A stretch of DNA of 63,924 bases, filler included, from Octopus bimaculoides (taxonomy: Eukaryota), in NCBI RefSeq assembly GCF_001194135.2. It is 8 parts of 6 records of this genome, joined end to end, with 100 filler letters (N's around TTAATTAATTAA, not from the genome) between each part and the next. Parts side by side here need not be neighbours in the genome. Positions count along the whole stretch, not along the records: positions 25,608 to 51,525 come from NC_068982.1; 7 more parts are not named here. One strand, written 5' to 3'. Under the pieces are notes generated by a model. The model saw only the letters and a list, made by a program, of their open reading frames with translations. It ran no database searches and was not told where the DNA came from. The translations under genes and the position numbers were made by a program. This document shows, piece after piece, positions 37,273 through 50,280 of the stretch (its first letter is position 1; each line of letters opens with the position of its first letter).

Positions 37273-37909
37273 AGTTGTTTTACTTCATGCGAGTAAAACT
37301 TCCTAGCCTTTGCAATTCTTTATTGGTCACTTTGTAAGATTTTGTTACCTGCTCACCAAAACTGGTTCTTTTCTACTTTTTTATCATAATTTAATCACAT
37401 ATTTAAGGCTCAGTTTAGAATTTTTTTTTTCTAGATTTTGTTGAAGGCAGGCAATCTAAACTCAAGATAGTGTAAATGAATGTTGTTTACAAATTTGACA
37501 AAACAGTATTATTGGCTTTATTTGAGAATTTTGTTTCCTGTGGAAGCTTTCCATTTGATACAGAGGTGTTCTTTGTTGATTGGATGTTAATTCTGTGGTT
37601 TTAGAGTAAGATGTTTTGGGTCTCTGAAAAATTTCTGCATTTCTTTCAGCTGGTTGGATGCTATCATGACTCGTAGTTCACCATACTAGTTCATGGTCAA
37701 TAAGACAATTATAACTTATTGTATATTTTAGCATCTTTGTTACATGATCTTAGAAGTTAAAAAAATTTTTTTATGGCCTTCTGCAATCTTTTGTATATTA
37801 ATAGGATTTCATTTGTAAGGGTTAATCAGGACTCTTTATCTTTTGATGTAAATGCTGTTTTTGGCTCTCACTGGTTCTCAATGCCTCTATTTTTTTTTAC
37901 TTTCAACAG

Positions 37910-37984
37910 GAACATTCAAAAGCTGTTCTAGTTACAATAATGAAAAATTTGACGCATTTTATTAAAAGAGATCAACCAGAGGAG
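37910..37984 (+). CDS. PATL1: PATL1 exon (EHSKAVLVTIMKNLTHFIKRDQPEE)
   Basis: Matches human EQAADILMTTARNLPFLIKKDAQDE. AACAG acceptor and GAG|GTACGT donor. Confidence 0.92.
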
Positions 37985-38239
37985 GTACGTCTAATGCTGT
38001 ATTTATAAGTATTATTTTCCTGTTTGGTTTGAAACACTGTTGTCATTTCTCAATAAATCTTTACCAAATTTCAGAGGGAGAACCAAGTGCAATCAAGAAT
38101 AATGCATGAAAGCTGTAGATAGGCTGAAAGTTGTAATGGAGTAGTAATTGAGTTGAAGTGTTAGTGGGAGTTACAGAACTGGTGTCAGTTTGTCACATCA
38201 CTCTGTTTTCCTTTCTCCTTCAGTCTTTCTTTAATCTTC

Positions 38240-38760
38240 TCACACATGATCTGGACTTAATGTGGTTTTGCTCACAAGTGGCAGGACTGCGTATTCTGCT
38301 TTTTAGCTATCACTCAATCTTGCATACAATGATACTTATATGTGAGTTTGGCTCTCAAAAATATTGAGCAAAGTATCACCGCTAGATTCATTCAACAAAT
38401 ACCAAGCCAATGGAGATAATACAGGTCATTTAACACAACAGTTGATATTAATGATGCTGCTAACTATCTAAAAGTTTTAGAATTCTCATCAGCTCACTGG
38501 GTTCTCTTCTCACAATTCGTGAGAGCAACCATTAATTTGGTATAAAGTTTAGATGCACTAAAACTCTGAAGTTACATGTAATGAAAGCGACCATTATGAC
38601 TGACTGTGCCAAAGGAGGTGTTTTCATTCTACACATCTCTATCATCTCAACAAATACATTGTGTGAGTTCACGCATCTACAGTTTCCAAGAACACTCTCT
38701 TTTTCTAAAGCCATAACAAGTCTCAGTGATAATCTGACAGGGTTACTAGAGTTGAACTGA
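38240..38760 (+). mobile_element. Helitron PIF1-like helicase relic
   Basis: Degenerate translation SGRTAYSAF*LSLN (GGRTAHS motif) and ATIMTDCAKGGVFIL..EFTHLQFP..AI (cf. ATILTG..KGE.VFIPRI..FKRLQFP..AMTINKSQG). Confidence 0.7.
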
Positions 38761-38905
38761 CACATCTATGTTTTCCAGTTTGTTGTTGCATGCTCACATG
38801 CTGAGCCAAACAGACATCTTTTCCTTTTAGTAATGAACCACAGACAAAGAAATGCTGTCTACCTCAGAGCTTTTTCTAAATGAACCCTTTCATTACTATA
38901 TTGCT

Positions 38906-40822
38906 AACCTAGTCACCCACATTGTAAACCAGGTAGTTCATGATGGAGTCATACCCAATGACTGGCGTAGCAGCACCATAGTCAACTGCTACAAGGGTAA
39001 AGGTCATAGCCCATCTCATTAGGGAGAGAGTCTGCTTAGATGAGATGCAGTTCGGTTTTGTGCCAGGTAGAAGTACCACTGATGCTATATTCTTGGTGCG
39101 TCAAATGCAGGAGAAATACCTAGCCAAAGATAAAACCCTATACTTAGCTTTTGTGGACTTGGAGAAAGCCTTTGACAGGGTCCCCCAATTCGTTATCTGG
39201 TGAGTGATGCAGAAACTGGGGATTGACAAATGGTTAGTAAGGGCTGTACAGAGAGACCATTAGTGAGGTTAGGATTGGCAATGAGTATAGTGAAGAATTC
39301 CGGGTAGAAGAGAGGTCCACCAAGGATCAGCCCTCAGTTCCCTCTAATTCATCGTAGTCCTCTATAACAAAGGAATTCAAGACAGGTTGTCCCTGGGAGT
39401 TTCTCTATGTTGATGACCTGGCCCTCATAGCAGAATCACTACCAGAACTAGAAGAAATTTCAGGTGTGGAAGTAAGGTTTAGAATCAAAAGGCCTTAGAG
39501 TCAATGTTGCAAAGACAAAAGTTCTAGCAAGTAGGAAAGCGAACACATCACACACTCCTTCAGGTAGGTGGCCCTGCTCGATCTGTAGAAAAGGTGTAGG
39601 TAGAAACTCCATAAGATGTACCCAGTGTAAGCTATGGACATATAAAAGGTGCAGCAACATCAAAGGAAGATTAACCGGGAAGGTAGCTTTCATGTGCGGC
39701 AGATGCACAGGGGCAATAAACATCACAGATGTTCGGAAAACAGATTCCATCACATTCCAGGGGGAGAAACTAGAAGTAGTTGACAGCTTACGCTACCTAG
39801 GTGACCAAGTCTGTAGTGGGGGTGGATACTCAGAGAGTATTACCACTGGAATAAGAATAGCCTGGGCAAAGTTCAGAAAGCTTCTACCCCTACTGGTGAC
39901 AAAGGGCCTCTCTCTCAGAGTGAAAGATAGATTGTATGAAGCATGTGTGCAAACTGCCATGCTTCACGGCAATGAAACATGGGCCATGACTGCTGAGGAC
40001 ATGCGTAAGCTCGAAAGAAATGAAGCTAGCATGATCTACTGGATGTGTAATGTCAGTGTGCACACACGACAGAGTGTAAGCACCCTGAGAGAAATGTTGG
40101 ACATAAGAAACATCGGATTTGGCGTGCAAGAGAGACGTTTGCGCTGGTATGCTCATGTATTACAGATGGATGAGGAGAGCTGTGTGAAGAAGTGCCACTC
40201 CCAAACGGTTGAAGGAATCCGGGGTAGAGGTAGACCCAGGAAGACCTGGGATGAGGTGGTGAAGCGTGACCTTCGAACGTTGGGCCTCACAGGCAATGAC
40301 GAAAGATCGGGACCTCTGGAGGTATGCTGCGACTGCGAATACTTGGCAAATAAAGTGAGTTCACGGTTGTATCCTACACCAGTTTCGTATAACTAACCCC
40401 AGCCCATTCAAAAGTACCTTGGATTGTAGGGCGACCTGCTGTGCTTGAGGAGACCTATTGAGTCAAGTACATCAGCAACATCAAGATGGAAATTGTAGTT
40501 GTGATACCCGTGCCAGTGGCATGTAAAAAGCACCATCCTAACGTGGCCGATGCCAATACTACCTTGACTGGCTTACATGCCGGTGCCACATAAAAAGCAC
40601 CAACCGATCGTGGCCGTTGCTAGCCTCCCCTGGCCCCTGTGCTGGTGGCACATAAAAAGCATCCATTACACTCACAGTGGTTGGCATTAGGAAGGGTATC
40701 CAGCTGTAGAAACTCTACCAGATCGGATTGGAGCCTGGTGCAACCTCCTGGCTTCCCAGACCCCAGTCAAACCATCCAACCTATGCTAGCGTGGAAAACA
40801 GACATTAAGCGATGATGATTGA
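38906..40822 (+). mobile_element. RTE LINE, 5'-truncated, disrupted reverse transcriptase + 3' UTR
   Basis: VIPNDWRSSTIVNCYKGKG, DEMQFGFVPGRSTTDAIF..AFVDLEKAFDRVP, LYVDDLAL, Cys-rich segment, then the 39692-40396 ORF. Contains stops, frameshifts and deletions. Confidence 0.95.
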
Positions 40823-41140
40823 TGAAGATGCACTCCTTATGTGTTTCAATTAAATTCTAAAATAATTTGAGCTTAGACTGGTTTCATGAGACAACTCTTT
40901 TTTGTTAACATATTCCATCTAACCCATACAAGATGGAAAAGTGGATGTTAAAATGATGATAGTGAGGGGGATTATCAGCAACAGTGGCTACTTCAGCTAG
41001 CATAATTATACGTTTAATATTTTTCTAGATTACCTGAGTTTTACATAATGTTGCTGTCATTCATGATAATAGTGTCAAAGATTGGGACACTTTTTATGCC
41101 ATACTTCTTGTGTAACACATATTCTTTATTGTTTTTGCTA

Positions 41141-41578
41141 TTACTCTTTTACTTGTTTCAGTCATTTGAATTTGGCCATGCTGGAGCACTACCTTCAGTC
41201 GAGCAAATAGACCCCAGGACTTATTCTTTGGATGCCTAGTATTTATTCTATCGGTCTCTTTTGCCGAACTGCTAAGTTACGGGGACCTAAGCACACCAGC
41301 ATTGGTTGTCAAGCGATGTTGCAGGGACAAACACAAAAACACAAACATACACACGCACACACAGATATATATATATATATTTATAAAGAAGTTTGAAAAC
41401 GCCAATATATAAAGAATACGACGGGCTTCTTTCAGTTTCCGTCTACCAAATCCACTCACAAGGCTTTGGTTGGCCCGAGGCTATAGTAGAAGACACTTGC
41501 CCAAGGTGCCACGCAGTGGGAATGAACCTGGAACCATGTGGTTGGTAAGCAAGCTACTTACCACACAGCCACTCCTGC
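41141..41578 (-). mobile_element. SINE family A, full-length
   Basis: The reverse complement is near-identical to the 13773 copy. Confidence 0.9.
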
Positions 41579-41858
41579 GAGTGAGTTTAGATATAAATAC
41601 TATTATCCATATAATGAAACCATATTTGTTTTTAAAGGATAATGAACATTAAAAGTTTATATGAAAATCTTTAGTTTATTGGTTTGGGCTTTAATTGTAA
41701 ATGTTAATTTCAGAAGATCATTCTCCCCACCTTCCAGTTATAAAGCAATTAGCATAGATAACTTGCATAAAGATAATCAGTGTGTAATAATTTGTAAAGA
41801 TACTCTCATTTAATTGTTAATATTTATTTTCATTTACATTATTTTCTTCATTTTCCAG

Positions 41859-41999
41859 GGTCTAATGGTTTTAAGTGAGACTGTGACTCAACAAATTGGT
41901 GTTTGTAATTTTAAAGCAGTTGTAGAACTAAGTCAGTTGTTGTTAAAAGATACTCCAAGTCTTTCCAATAAGTCATTGGTTCTTGCCCTACAAAACAAG
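41859..41999 (+). CDS. PATL1: PATL1 exon (GLMVLSETVTQQIG..LVLALQNK)
   Basis: TTCCAG acceptor and AAG|GTAATG donor. Ends in LQNK and continues as F in the next exon (human LTAVLQNKFG). Confidence 0.93.
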
Positions 42000-42313
42000 G
42001 TAATGAACTTAATATTTGCAATAAAATACGTAATTGACTATATTATTCATTGACTGTATATTAATTGATTCACTTGACATAATTATGGGTATGAGTTATT
42101 AACCTTACATGTTAAAATTAGAAATCAAATTGCATACATGTATTCTTTTGGTATGGAGAGGTATGAGCTGTTGGGGGTGATTGAGGTGACAGTTTGTGTT
42201 GTTTTAGTGCAGGACAGGCCAAGTTGAACAACCTGTGATCATACAATCTTTCTTAAAGGCATACTGCATTCTGGACTACATTATTCTGGATGCTGGTTGT
42301 CTTTGTTTTTTAA

Positions 42314-43290
42314 CCCTTTCGTTACTAACCTGGCCGAAAAAATTTTTGGTTCATAAGACTAGCCGGCTGAGCGTACCCATTGTTATTTAAATGTATATTT
42401 GAACCCAAATCTCCTTAGTACATTCGTTAAAACACCTGATTTCACTTTGCAAACAGTTGAGTTATTGTCTCCGACATTGTTTGGCGTGATATTTGAACTC
42501 AGTGAATTTTGGAAGATTTTTTTCCACATTTTTTGCAGCGTTAATTTTTTTCAACTTTGAAGATGGAGAGGAGTTTCATGCTATCAAGCAGTGATTCTGA
42601 ATTTGAAGGTTTTTCAACAGAAGTATGGAGATATCGAAGAAAAGAATGATTGAGCTACAAAAGCACTTGGTGAACGATAATGAATCGGATATTTCTGTAT
42701 CCGAAACTGAAAGCAGCGACGGCGACAGCGAGGNNNNNNNNNNNNNNNNNNNNNNNNNNNNNNNNNNNNNNNNNNNNNNNNNNNNNNNNNNNNNNNNNNN
42801 NNNNNNNNNNNNNNNNNNNNNNNNNNNNNNNNNNNNNNNNNNNNNNNNNNNNNNNNNNNNNNNNNNNNNNNNNNNNNNNNNNNNNNNNNNNNNNNNNNNN
42901 NNNNNNNNNNNNNNNNNNNNNNNNNNNNNNNNNNNNNNNNNNNNNNNNNNNNNNNNNNNNNNNNAATAACAAATTACTGGAGCGATCAGGAACCTTTTGG
43001 CGATGAATATATTTCCAGTATTATGAACGAGTACGATTCGTGAAGCTGAACCAATATTTACATGTGAGAGACACTAGCAATACCCCAGTACGTGGAGAAC
43101 TTTCAGACAAAAATTATGCAATAGAATTAAGAACCCTTTCTTTAATTATGTTCCAAATATCACATTAATATGTTCATAAATAAAAAAGTTACAGGTGTTT
43201 AATGAGACTAGTCTAAATTCATGATTATTTTAGAATTTAATTGAAACTCATGAGGGGTGTATTTTGGTCAGAAATATAGTAACGAAAGGG
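42314..43290 (+). mobile_element. Internally deleted piggyBac transposon
   Basis: TTAA TSDs at 42310-42313 and 43291-43294. Perfect 14-bp TIR CCCTTTCGTTACTA. Frameshifted acidic N-terminus (MERSFMLSSSDSEFEGFS / NDNESDISVSETESSDGDSE). Confidence 0.9.
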
Positions 43291-43466
43291 TTAAAGATGG
43301 GGTATTTGGTTGCAATTTCTAGCAGGCCAAGCAACCATGCAAAGGTCCTTTATCTTATGATGTAGATTATTGGAATGCCTGTGAAATCAAGTAGTGATAT
43401 TAGATTGATTATGCTGTCAGTAATGTGGTAAATTATTTGTTTTAACAAAATTATTTTATTTTCCAG

Positions 43467-43564
43467 TTTGCTTGTTCTGTGATTAGTAGCCTTCTTAACA
43501 GAGCAGAAATGCTTTTCCTTCCATCTTCAAATGTTGAAGTTGATAACCAACTCCGAAGTGCATG
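43467..43564 (+). CDS. PATL1: PATL1 exon (FACSVISSLLNRAEMLF..DNQLRSAW)
   Basis: Matches human FGLSLLLILLSRGEDL..NNQW. TTCCAG acceptor and TG|GTAAAT donor. Confidence 0.92.
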
Positions 43565-43729
43565 GTAAATAGTTTTATTATTACCCTTCCCCCTACACAC
43601 TTCCTATTAGTTTAACTAGTTGATTAAACCATGGTAAACTATTCAGTTAAGCAGAATTAACTACTAGCCTATCTTGTTTCACCTTCAGGTCTGACTTAAT
43701 CGAGCAAGAACTATAATTCAAAGACTATA

Positions 43730-44115
43730 CTCGTTTACTTGTTTGTCATTTGACTGCAGCCATGCTGGAGCACCGCCTTTTAGTCGAACAAATCGACCCC
43801 AGGACTTATTCTTTGTAAGCCTAGTACTTATTCTATCGGTCTTTTTTGCCGAACTGCTAAGTTACGGGGACGTAAACACACCACCATCGGTTGTCAAGTG
43901 ATGCTGGGGGGACAAACGCAGACACAAACATAAACACACACACATATACATATATACGATGGGCTTCTTTCAGTTTCCATCTACCAAATCCACTCACAAG
44001 GCTTTGGTCGGCCCGAGGTTATAGTAGGAGACACTTGCCCAAGGTGCCAAGCAGTGAGAATGAACCCGGAACCATGTGGTTGGTAAGCAAGCTACTTACC
44101 ACACAGCCACTCCTA
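43730..44115 (-). mobile_element. SINE family A, full-length
   Basis: The reverse complement is near-identical to the 13773 and 62526 copies. Confidence 0.9.
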
Positions 44116-45201
44116 ACATCTTGGTCTTTTTCTTTCAGATTTATTGTATGTATGGATTATAGTATCCCATGATTTTTCTTTGAATTTTTTCAGTGGAGGG
44201 CAATGAGGGAGATTTAGTTTTAGCAGTTTAAATGACAAAATAGAGGCTCTCTCATCAGCTTGGCTCTCTGGTAATTAAGCTTATGAACACATTGAATAAG
44301 GGCAATGTGAATGAGATAAAATTTTAATTTCAAAGAAAGTATTAAGAATATGATATTTTTAGTGAATAGTAAAGTTGACAGTTTTGAATTTCTCAAAGGC
44401 ATCAAGCCACTTAGGTGAATAGCTTAAACAAAGAATTAAAACTTAAATGTATTTGGAAAGCAGTAACAATAATAAAGATAAAATTCTACTGAAGGATTAA
44501 CAACTGTAATTTTGTTCTCACATTCTTAATATATTAACCAGTACATCAGTGTCAAATGTTTTCACTTGGAATTTGGCTTGTCATTTTTGTATATTTTTTA
44601 GTTAATTATATCAGTTGTATTTTAATTTTTTTATACTACATAATCCTGATTAAAAGGACCTGATCAAAGATATCCCTCCCATGATCTTCCCATCTTTTTT
44701 GTTTTTTATATAATATATTTAGGATTACGTAAGCAAATGTCTCCTTGTTCCAAGATTTTAGGGTGTTTTGTGATTTGAGTGAGACTTGGCTACTATCAAA
44801 TTAAGTGACATTTCAGATGTTGTAGGAAATATTTTTGTGTCTAAATACCTTTGTTATTGCTTAAATAGTTTACTTCAGTAAATTAAGACATTTGGGTTAA
44901 TGCAATTTACCATAAGAAAAAGTAATAGCTGTACCAAAGTTTGATCTCAGTTTTGCATTCAGTCATCTAATATGTCATTGTTAATTTAGTTTAGAAACTT
45001 GGCTGAAATTATTTATACTGATTGAATTCATACAAATTCTATTGAAGGTAAGTTGGTTGTTGAACAAATTAGAATATAGTTTCATTTATTTCCATAATTT
45101 TGAAGTCATACTAATTGATCTTATGAAAATTGCATTGTGTTTATATTGAATTATTTAAATACTAATTATATTAAATATGAACCTTTTTGTCTTTGTTTCA
45201 G

Positions 45202-45325
45202 GTCCCAATTTGCTCAAACTTTTGTTGACACATTGAACTCTATGGAAATGTCATCCATTGCTAAACCCTTTTTTCAGAATTCCAACTTCAGCTCAATAAA
45301 AAAACCAGTGTATTTAGAGGATTAG
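45202..45325 (+). CDS. PATL1: PATL1 last coding exon (WSQFAQTFVDTLNSMEMSSIAKP..LED*)
   Basis: TTTCAG acceptor, phase 2 completes the Trp codon. AKP aligns with human ALAKP. TAG at 45323-45325. Confidence 0.82.
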
Positions 45326-48300
45326 CCATAGCTGTTTAAAGATGCCATGATTCTATTGGGGATTCATAAACAAAAGTATTAATCATTTAGTTTTGAATTA
45401 GTCAACTGAAAGCAACCATGAATGTTACTTAATATCTCTCAAAATGTTCCGTCCTTCCAACTTTAATGTTATTGCTGTAAATCGATGGCAACAGCCCTGA
45501 GCAAAGGCATCTGAGGATCGATAGCCAAGAATATCTTGTTGGAAGGAATTCTTTACTCTGAAGNNNNNNNNNNNNNNNNNNNNNNNNNNNNNNNNNNNNN
45601 NNNNNNNNTTTTTTTTTTTTTTCCCCCGTTTTTAGTTAAAAATTATTTACTGTGAAAATATTTTAGAGAATTTGTAATAGTTTGAGGAGAAACTTAAGTG
45701 ATTTAATTTTCAGATGTATATGCGTATAAATAAAAGTGATCAGTCTTTAGAAATATCTCATTTAAAGATAAAGGGAATTCATAACTTTATTTTCCTGAGT
45801 GTGTATGTATACGTATGCATGTGTGTTTCTGTGTGCATGCAGTTTCTTAAATGTTTCTCAGGGTTTCCTTTTTATTTATTTATTCCATACTAGAGCAACA
45901 TTCTGCTGTGTTGAAGATGAATTATTACATTTAAGGTTTTATAGTTTTCTTAAGTTCTGTAGCAAGTTTATTCTACCTATGAAACTTTATAAAAAAATTT
46001 TGATTTTTAAAAACTTTTGCATTACTTAACTTGATGACTCTTAAATGCATTTATGAAGTTTCAGTACTGTAGATTTCTTCAGTCTTAGAAGAAAAAAAAA
46101 TCTTTTTCTAACCTTAGACTTTCTTTCCTTACTTTTTACAAAAAACGTTTTTTTTTTTACCCAGTTTTCTTCTCCCAATATCTTTTGTATCTTGGCGGGG
46201 GTCACTTCTGATGAGAAAATTCCAATTATTAAGCTCTATTTAGTATGGCTTTGTTTGTTATAAATTTACCTTTAGTTTAGATCTTTGTTTACACTGTCCA
46301 GTTGTAACATTTACAATTGCATTTTGTATTGAAGTAGATGAAGCTCCTTTTATTTCTCTGGTCCTTTTAATATCAGGCCGATATATAAACACAGTTGTTG
46401 TTTACAAGTGAAATGTATTCTTTATAGTCATTAATGTTTATATAGCAATAATGATCTTATCACTGTACACAATAACAGGGCTGAGTCGTAGGAAAATATC
46501 TTAAACTATTCATGAGGTGATAGATAATTATAGGGTATTATTTTGTTTATATCCATTTACATTGAGTTAAAATCCTGTTAATATTGACTTAGCCATTCAT
46601 CCATGTTTCAGTGTTGTTAAAATACTTGTCTAAAACTGGGATAGATTCAACCAACCACTCTCCATTTCCTGAATTTGTGGCTTTGTGCCAAAGCTATAAT
46701 CATAAGTTATTTTATAACATTGATAGAATAAACCAAGGTACCATTTTTTTTTTCTTTTTTCTTTTTTTTTAAATCTCTGAGAATTAAAGATTACCAACAA
46801 AATATATACTTTAGATTCACATATATAAACATTACAAATGTTTATGAAATGGAGTGATAATATATTTCTACATACAAGATGTGTGTTGAACAAGTCAAAT
46901 TTTTTTTAATGAAATATTTAAAAAAATATTAAGTTAAAATAAGGTTCAGAAACTGATGAAATTTTTTGTCATTTCTCATGTATTTTCATGAACCTTATTT
47001 TCTCAATTTGGTTTAAGCAGACTTTTTTCTTTTTTTTCTTTCAAGAGCTCTTTGCTAATACAATACAAAGAGTAAAAAGATAAATTTTTGTTGAGTGGGT
47101 GTATGAAGTGAGACATTTTCAAACTACCAATGACCTGATTTTTCAGTTTTCATTCAGCCTCTCATATTTAATGTCTTTTGGAATCAAAGCTTCAGCTCCC
47201 TAATTCCATCCTCTTGTTACATTGTTGAGGCTTTGTGCTTAATTAAAAAAAAAATCTTTATATACAACTTAAGTAACAGCTGATTACATGAAGTTTCAAT
47301 AAAACTGTTTCAGAAATGGGTTGCTGGTATGACTGCATTTCTATTCCTATTTTGGCTCACTTCTTACAGATTCCCATATATCATTTATTACAATTGTGAA
47401 ACTTTATGCTTGCTTATGAAATTATTTTTAGGGAGGTGGAGTATGTGCTAAAAAGAAAAAAAAAACCTAGATGATATGATACACATAATTTCATGTGTGA
47501 CGTTTGAGCCCAACTACTGTTGGTGTTGATTTCACCCTTCATTCTTCAAGAATTGAAAGTACCAAAGTATAATAGGGTTGGATTATTCAATTTTAATCTT
47601 ACTGATTTACAAAATTATATTTCAAATGCTTTTAGGCATTCAGCTGTTGATTTCAAATGTTATTTCTTTTGTTGAATAGTTTTGTTGGATTAACAAAAGT
47701 TCTGAGATATCTCATCAATTAAAGCAAAACAATTATTAATGAGACATGCACCTTAATAAGCATATCTTGCTATTGATCTTAATCAGTTTTTCTAGCATCA
47801 ATAATTAATGTTGGGAGTTGAAACCCAGCATTTTGTGCGAGTATATATTTGCTCACAAAATAGTTTGTGTGAGTATGAGAATGTTGAGTTGGTGCAAATG
47901 TTTGAGTATTTAATCGAGATACTTTATAACATCGTGTTTAATGCTTCACTGAGCTGTAGTCCAGCTGGGAGGTAACTTCATTTTCAATTCTTCTAGCAGT
48001 AAATGTTTTGAGGTTTATTTGACCCTGAACCTTTACATTTTATATAAAGGGATTTGTATCTAAACAGGAGATTCTCAGTCTAAATCAATTATGCTTTGCA
48101 TATGCTCTTGTTAATATCCGTTTTCCTTCCCTTAATCTTGGGTTACATTTTTAAGAATCCAATGTTAATTAGGAATATTGTGAAACTGACCACTTCTACC
48201 CAAATGAATGAATATTTGCTAAAAACAGTGACAAATTGCCTTACATAATTATATATTCATTTCATAAAATATCTGGGTTGTGTTAAATTTTGTTTGTTAA

Positions 48301-50230
48301 AAAGTGAATCTGCTGCATGACAAAAAATTTTTAAATGCAGTTCCATCATTTTACTTCTAAAGTTTTAAAGCAAGCTTCCAAAGTTGTATTAAATATTTCA
48401 TTAACCACCAATATACATTGCAGGGTAAAGGAAAAAACAACAAGACAAATATGTATATAGAAGATTAAAATGTTGGCCTATATTAAGGTATGAAGACAAA
48501 AAGCTTACTGTTAAACAATATTTGAACTATTCTTAAACTGTAGTAAAAGAAATTAGGACTATTTTCATTTGCATTTGATATTTTACATACAATCTTTCAA
48601 CTGCTTAATCTCAAGTCTTTAACTTGCTTCCGCTAGACTCTAGACCATAGTTTCATGTATCAGTAAAAATTTAGGAATATATAAATTATTCCTCTTTACA
48701 CTTAACTGGTAAACCATATTGGTCTTTAGCCTAGCAGATTAAGATATTAATGTTCCCCTCCCCAGTTCAATTCTTGGTGATGGCAACACTAGATATATTC
48801 TTGAAAAAGAAAAAAAAAAAAGACTAGAGATTGAGGAGTTTGAAAGTCTGTACATATATATATTTAAAAATAAAAATTGAATGCTCAAGTAAATATTCCT
48901 CTTATTTTATTAACTTTAAGTGAAAGAAATTAAAACAATTATATTTTTTAAAATGTCATTCAGGCTACAGTGGAGCAGCAAATGTCTCTGACCTTCTCAG
49001 GCCTTTGTAGACAGGGAGATAACAATAAGGTTAATATACTGTATGTTCACTGTGCATTCTGACAGATAATTGGACAAGAAAACATGTAGAGGGAATGAGT
49101 TCAAGAAAATTGGGCAAAATATTTTATTTGGTGGAAAGAGCAGTGTTAATTCCATTTTTTTTTTAACCATCTAAAACGCCATTTTAATTATACTTATTTA
49201 TTGATCTACTCATAAAAAAGTATAAAAAATAGTTTATGGCAGATATTTGATTGATGTCAAATTTTTCCTTGAGTTACAAAAAATGAATCAATATCAATTT
49301 CTAAACTGATTTATGGGTATGATATCAATTTCTAAACTGAAAGTGTAGAAATTAGTTTTTTCTAATTTTCTAAGAGCTTAAGATTTCTGTCAACATCTTA
49401 CAGTTTACTTAATATTTCTATAGGGCAAGAAACATTTTATCCTAGACATTGAGGCATACAATCTTACAGCAGAAAATAAAATTTTGAAATGGTTTCTGAA
49501 TTGTAATAAGCCATCCATTTTTCTCTCTATAAATATTCTTCACCTCCCTATTCCTGCACTCGTATTTAATGTTTGGAGATACTAATAAAAACAATACTCT
49601 CAAACAACTTGTATGATGAGGGGCATGAAATTGTGTGTGCATACAATATACATGAATATATGTAAACAAGCCTGTTTAAATGCTAACATTTTTTTTTTTT
49701 TTTTTTTTTTTTGCATGATTAAGTTGATGCAGTAAAATGTGTGATCTTGCTTTTTTAGCATATATATAAGATATGCTAAAATACACACTGTAATGTTTAC
49801 TTAATTTTTCTTTTTGTCTTAAAATATCACTTTACATCCTTGTGGATGTCAACTTCTGATATTCCTATTCTGAACAGTGTTTTTTTTCTCCAGTTACATT
49901 TTCTAAAATTCATACTTGTAAATTAAAAATACATATACTTACATATGGTATGGTCCTTTATTGAAAGTACATTATAACTATTCAGCTTAGTGTTTAATTA
50001 AGTAATCATCAAACCTAAAACCTTCTGAATTCAACTTTTTATACATGATTTCTGACATTTAAGAAGTCTAAAGGAAAAAAATATATGCTGTTAAAAGTAA
50101 AATCCTCTATGAAATAAGAAATAGTACTTTTCATCATCTAAATAATATTAACAATACTATAAGACAACTAGTGTGCATATTTGAATAATATAAACATGAT
50201 GCAAAAATTACAACTTACTAAGAATTATCT
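45326..50230 (+). other. Candidate long 3' UTR / downstream region of PATL1
   Basis: AT-rich with U-tracts and several AATAAA, and almost free of the SINEs and microsatellites seen elsewhere. Inferred; no transcript data. Confidence 0.4.
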
Positions 50231-50280
50231 AATTCTATCGATTATCTAATCGATTCCAATGTTTTATTAAATGAGAGTTG

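Noticed and set aside
38885-38905. piggyBac TIR-like CCCTTTCATTACTATATT next to the RTE 5' end
   Set aside because: It is a single short end with no partner TIR or intact TTAA, too little to call.
39692-40396. 234-aa ORF as a host gene
   Set aside because: It is the C-terminal part of a disrupted RTE ORF.
45714-45900. Possible extra terminal PATL1 exon after TTTTCAG
   Set aside because: The translation shows no Pat1 similarity and there is no convincing donor in the preceding exon.
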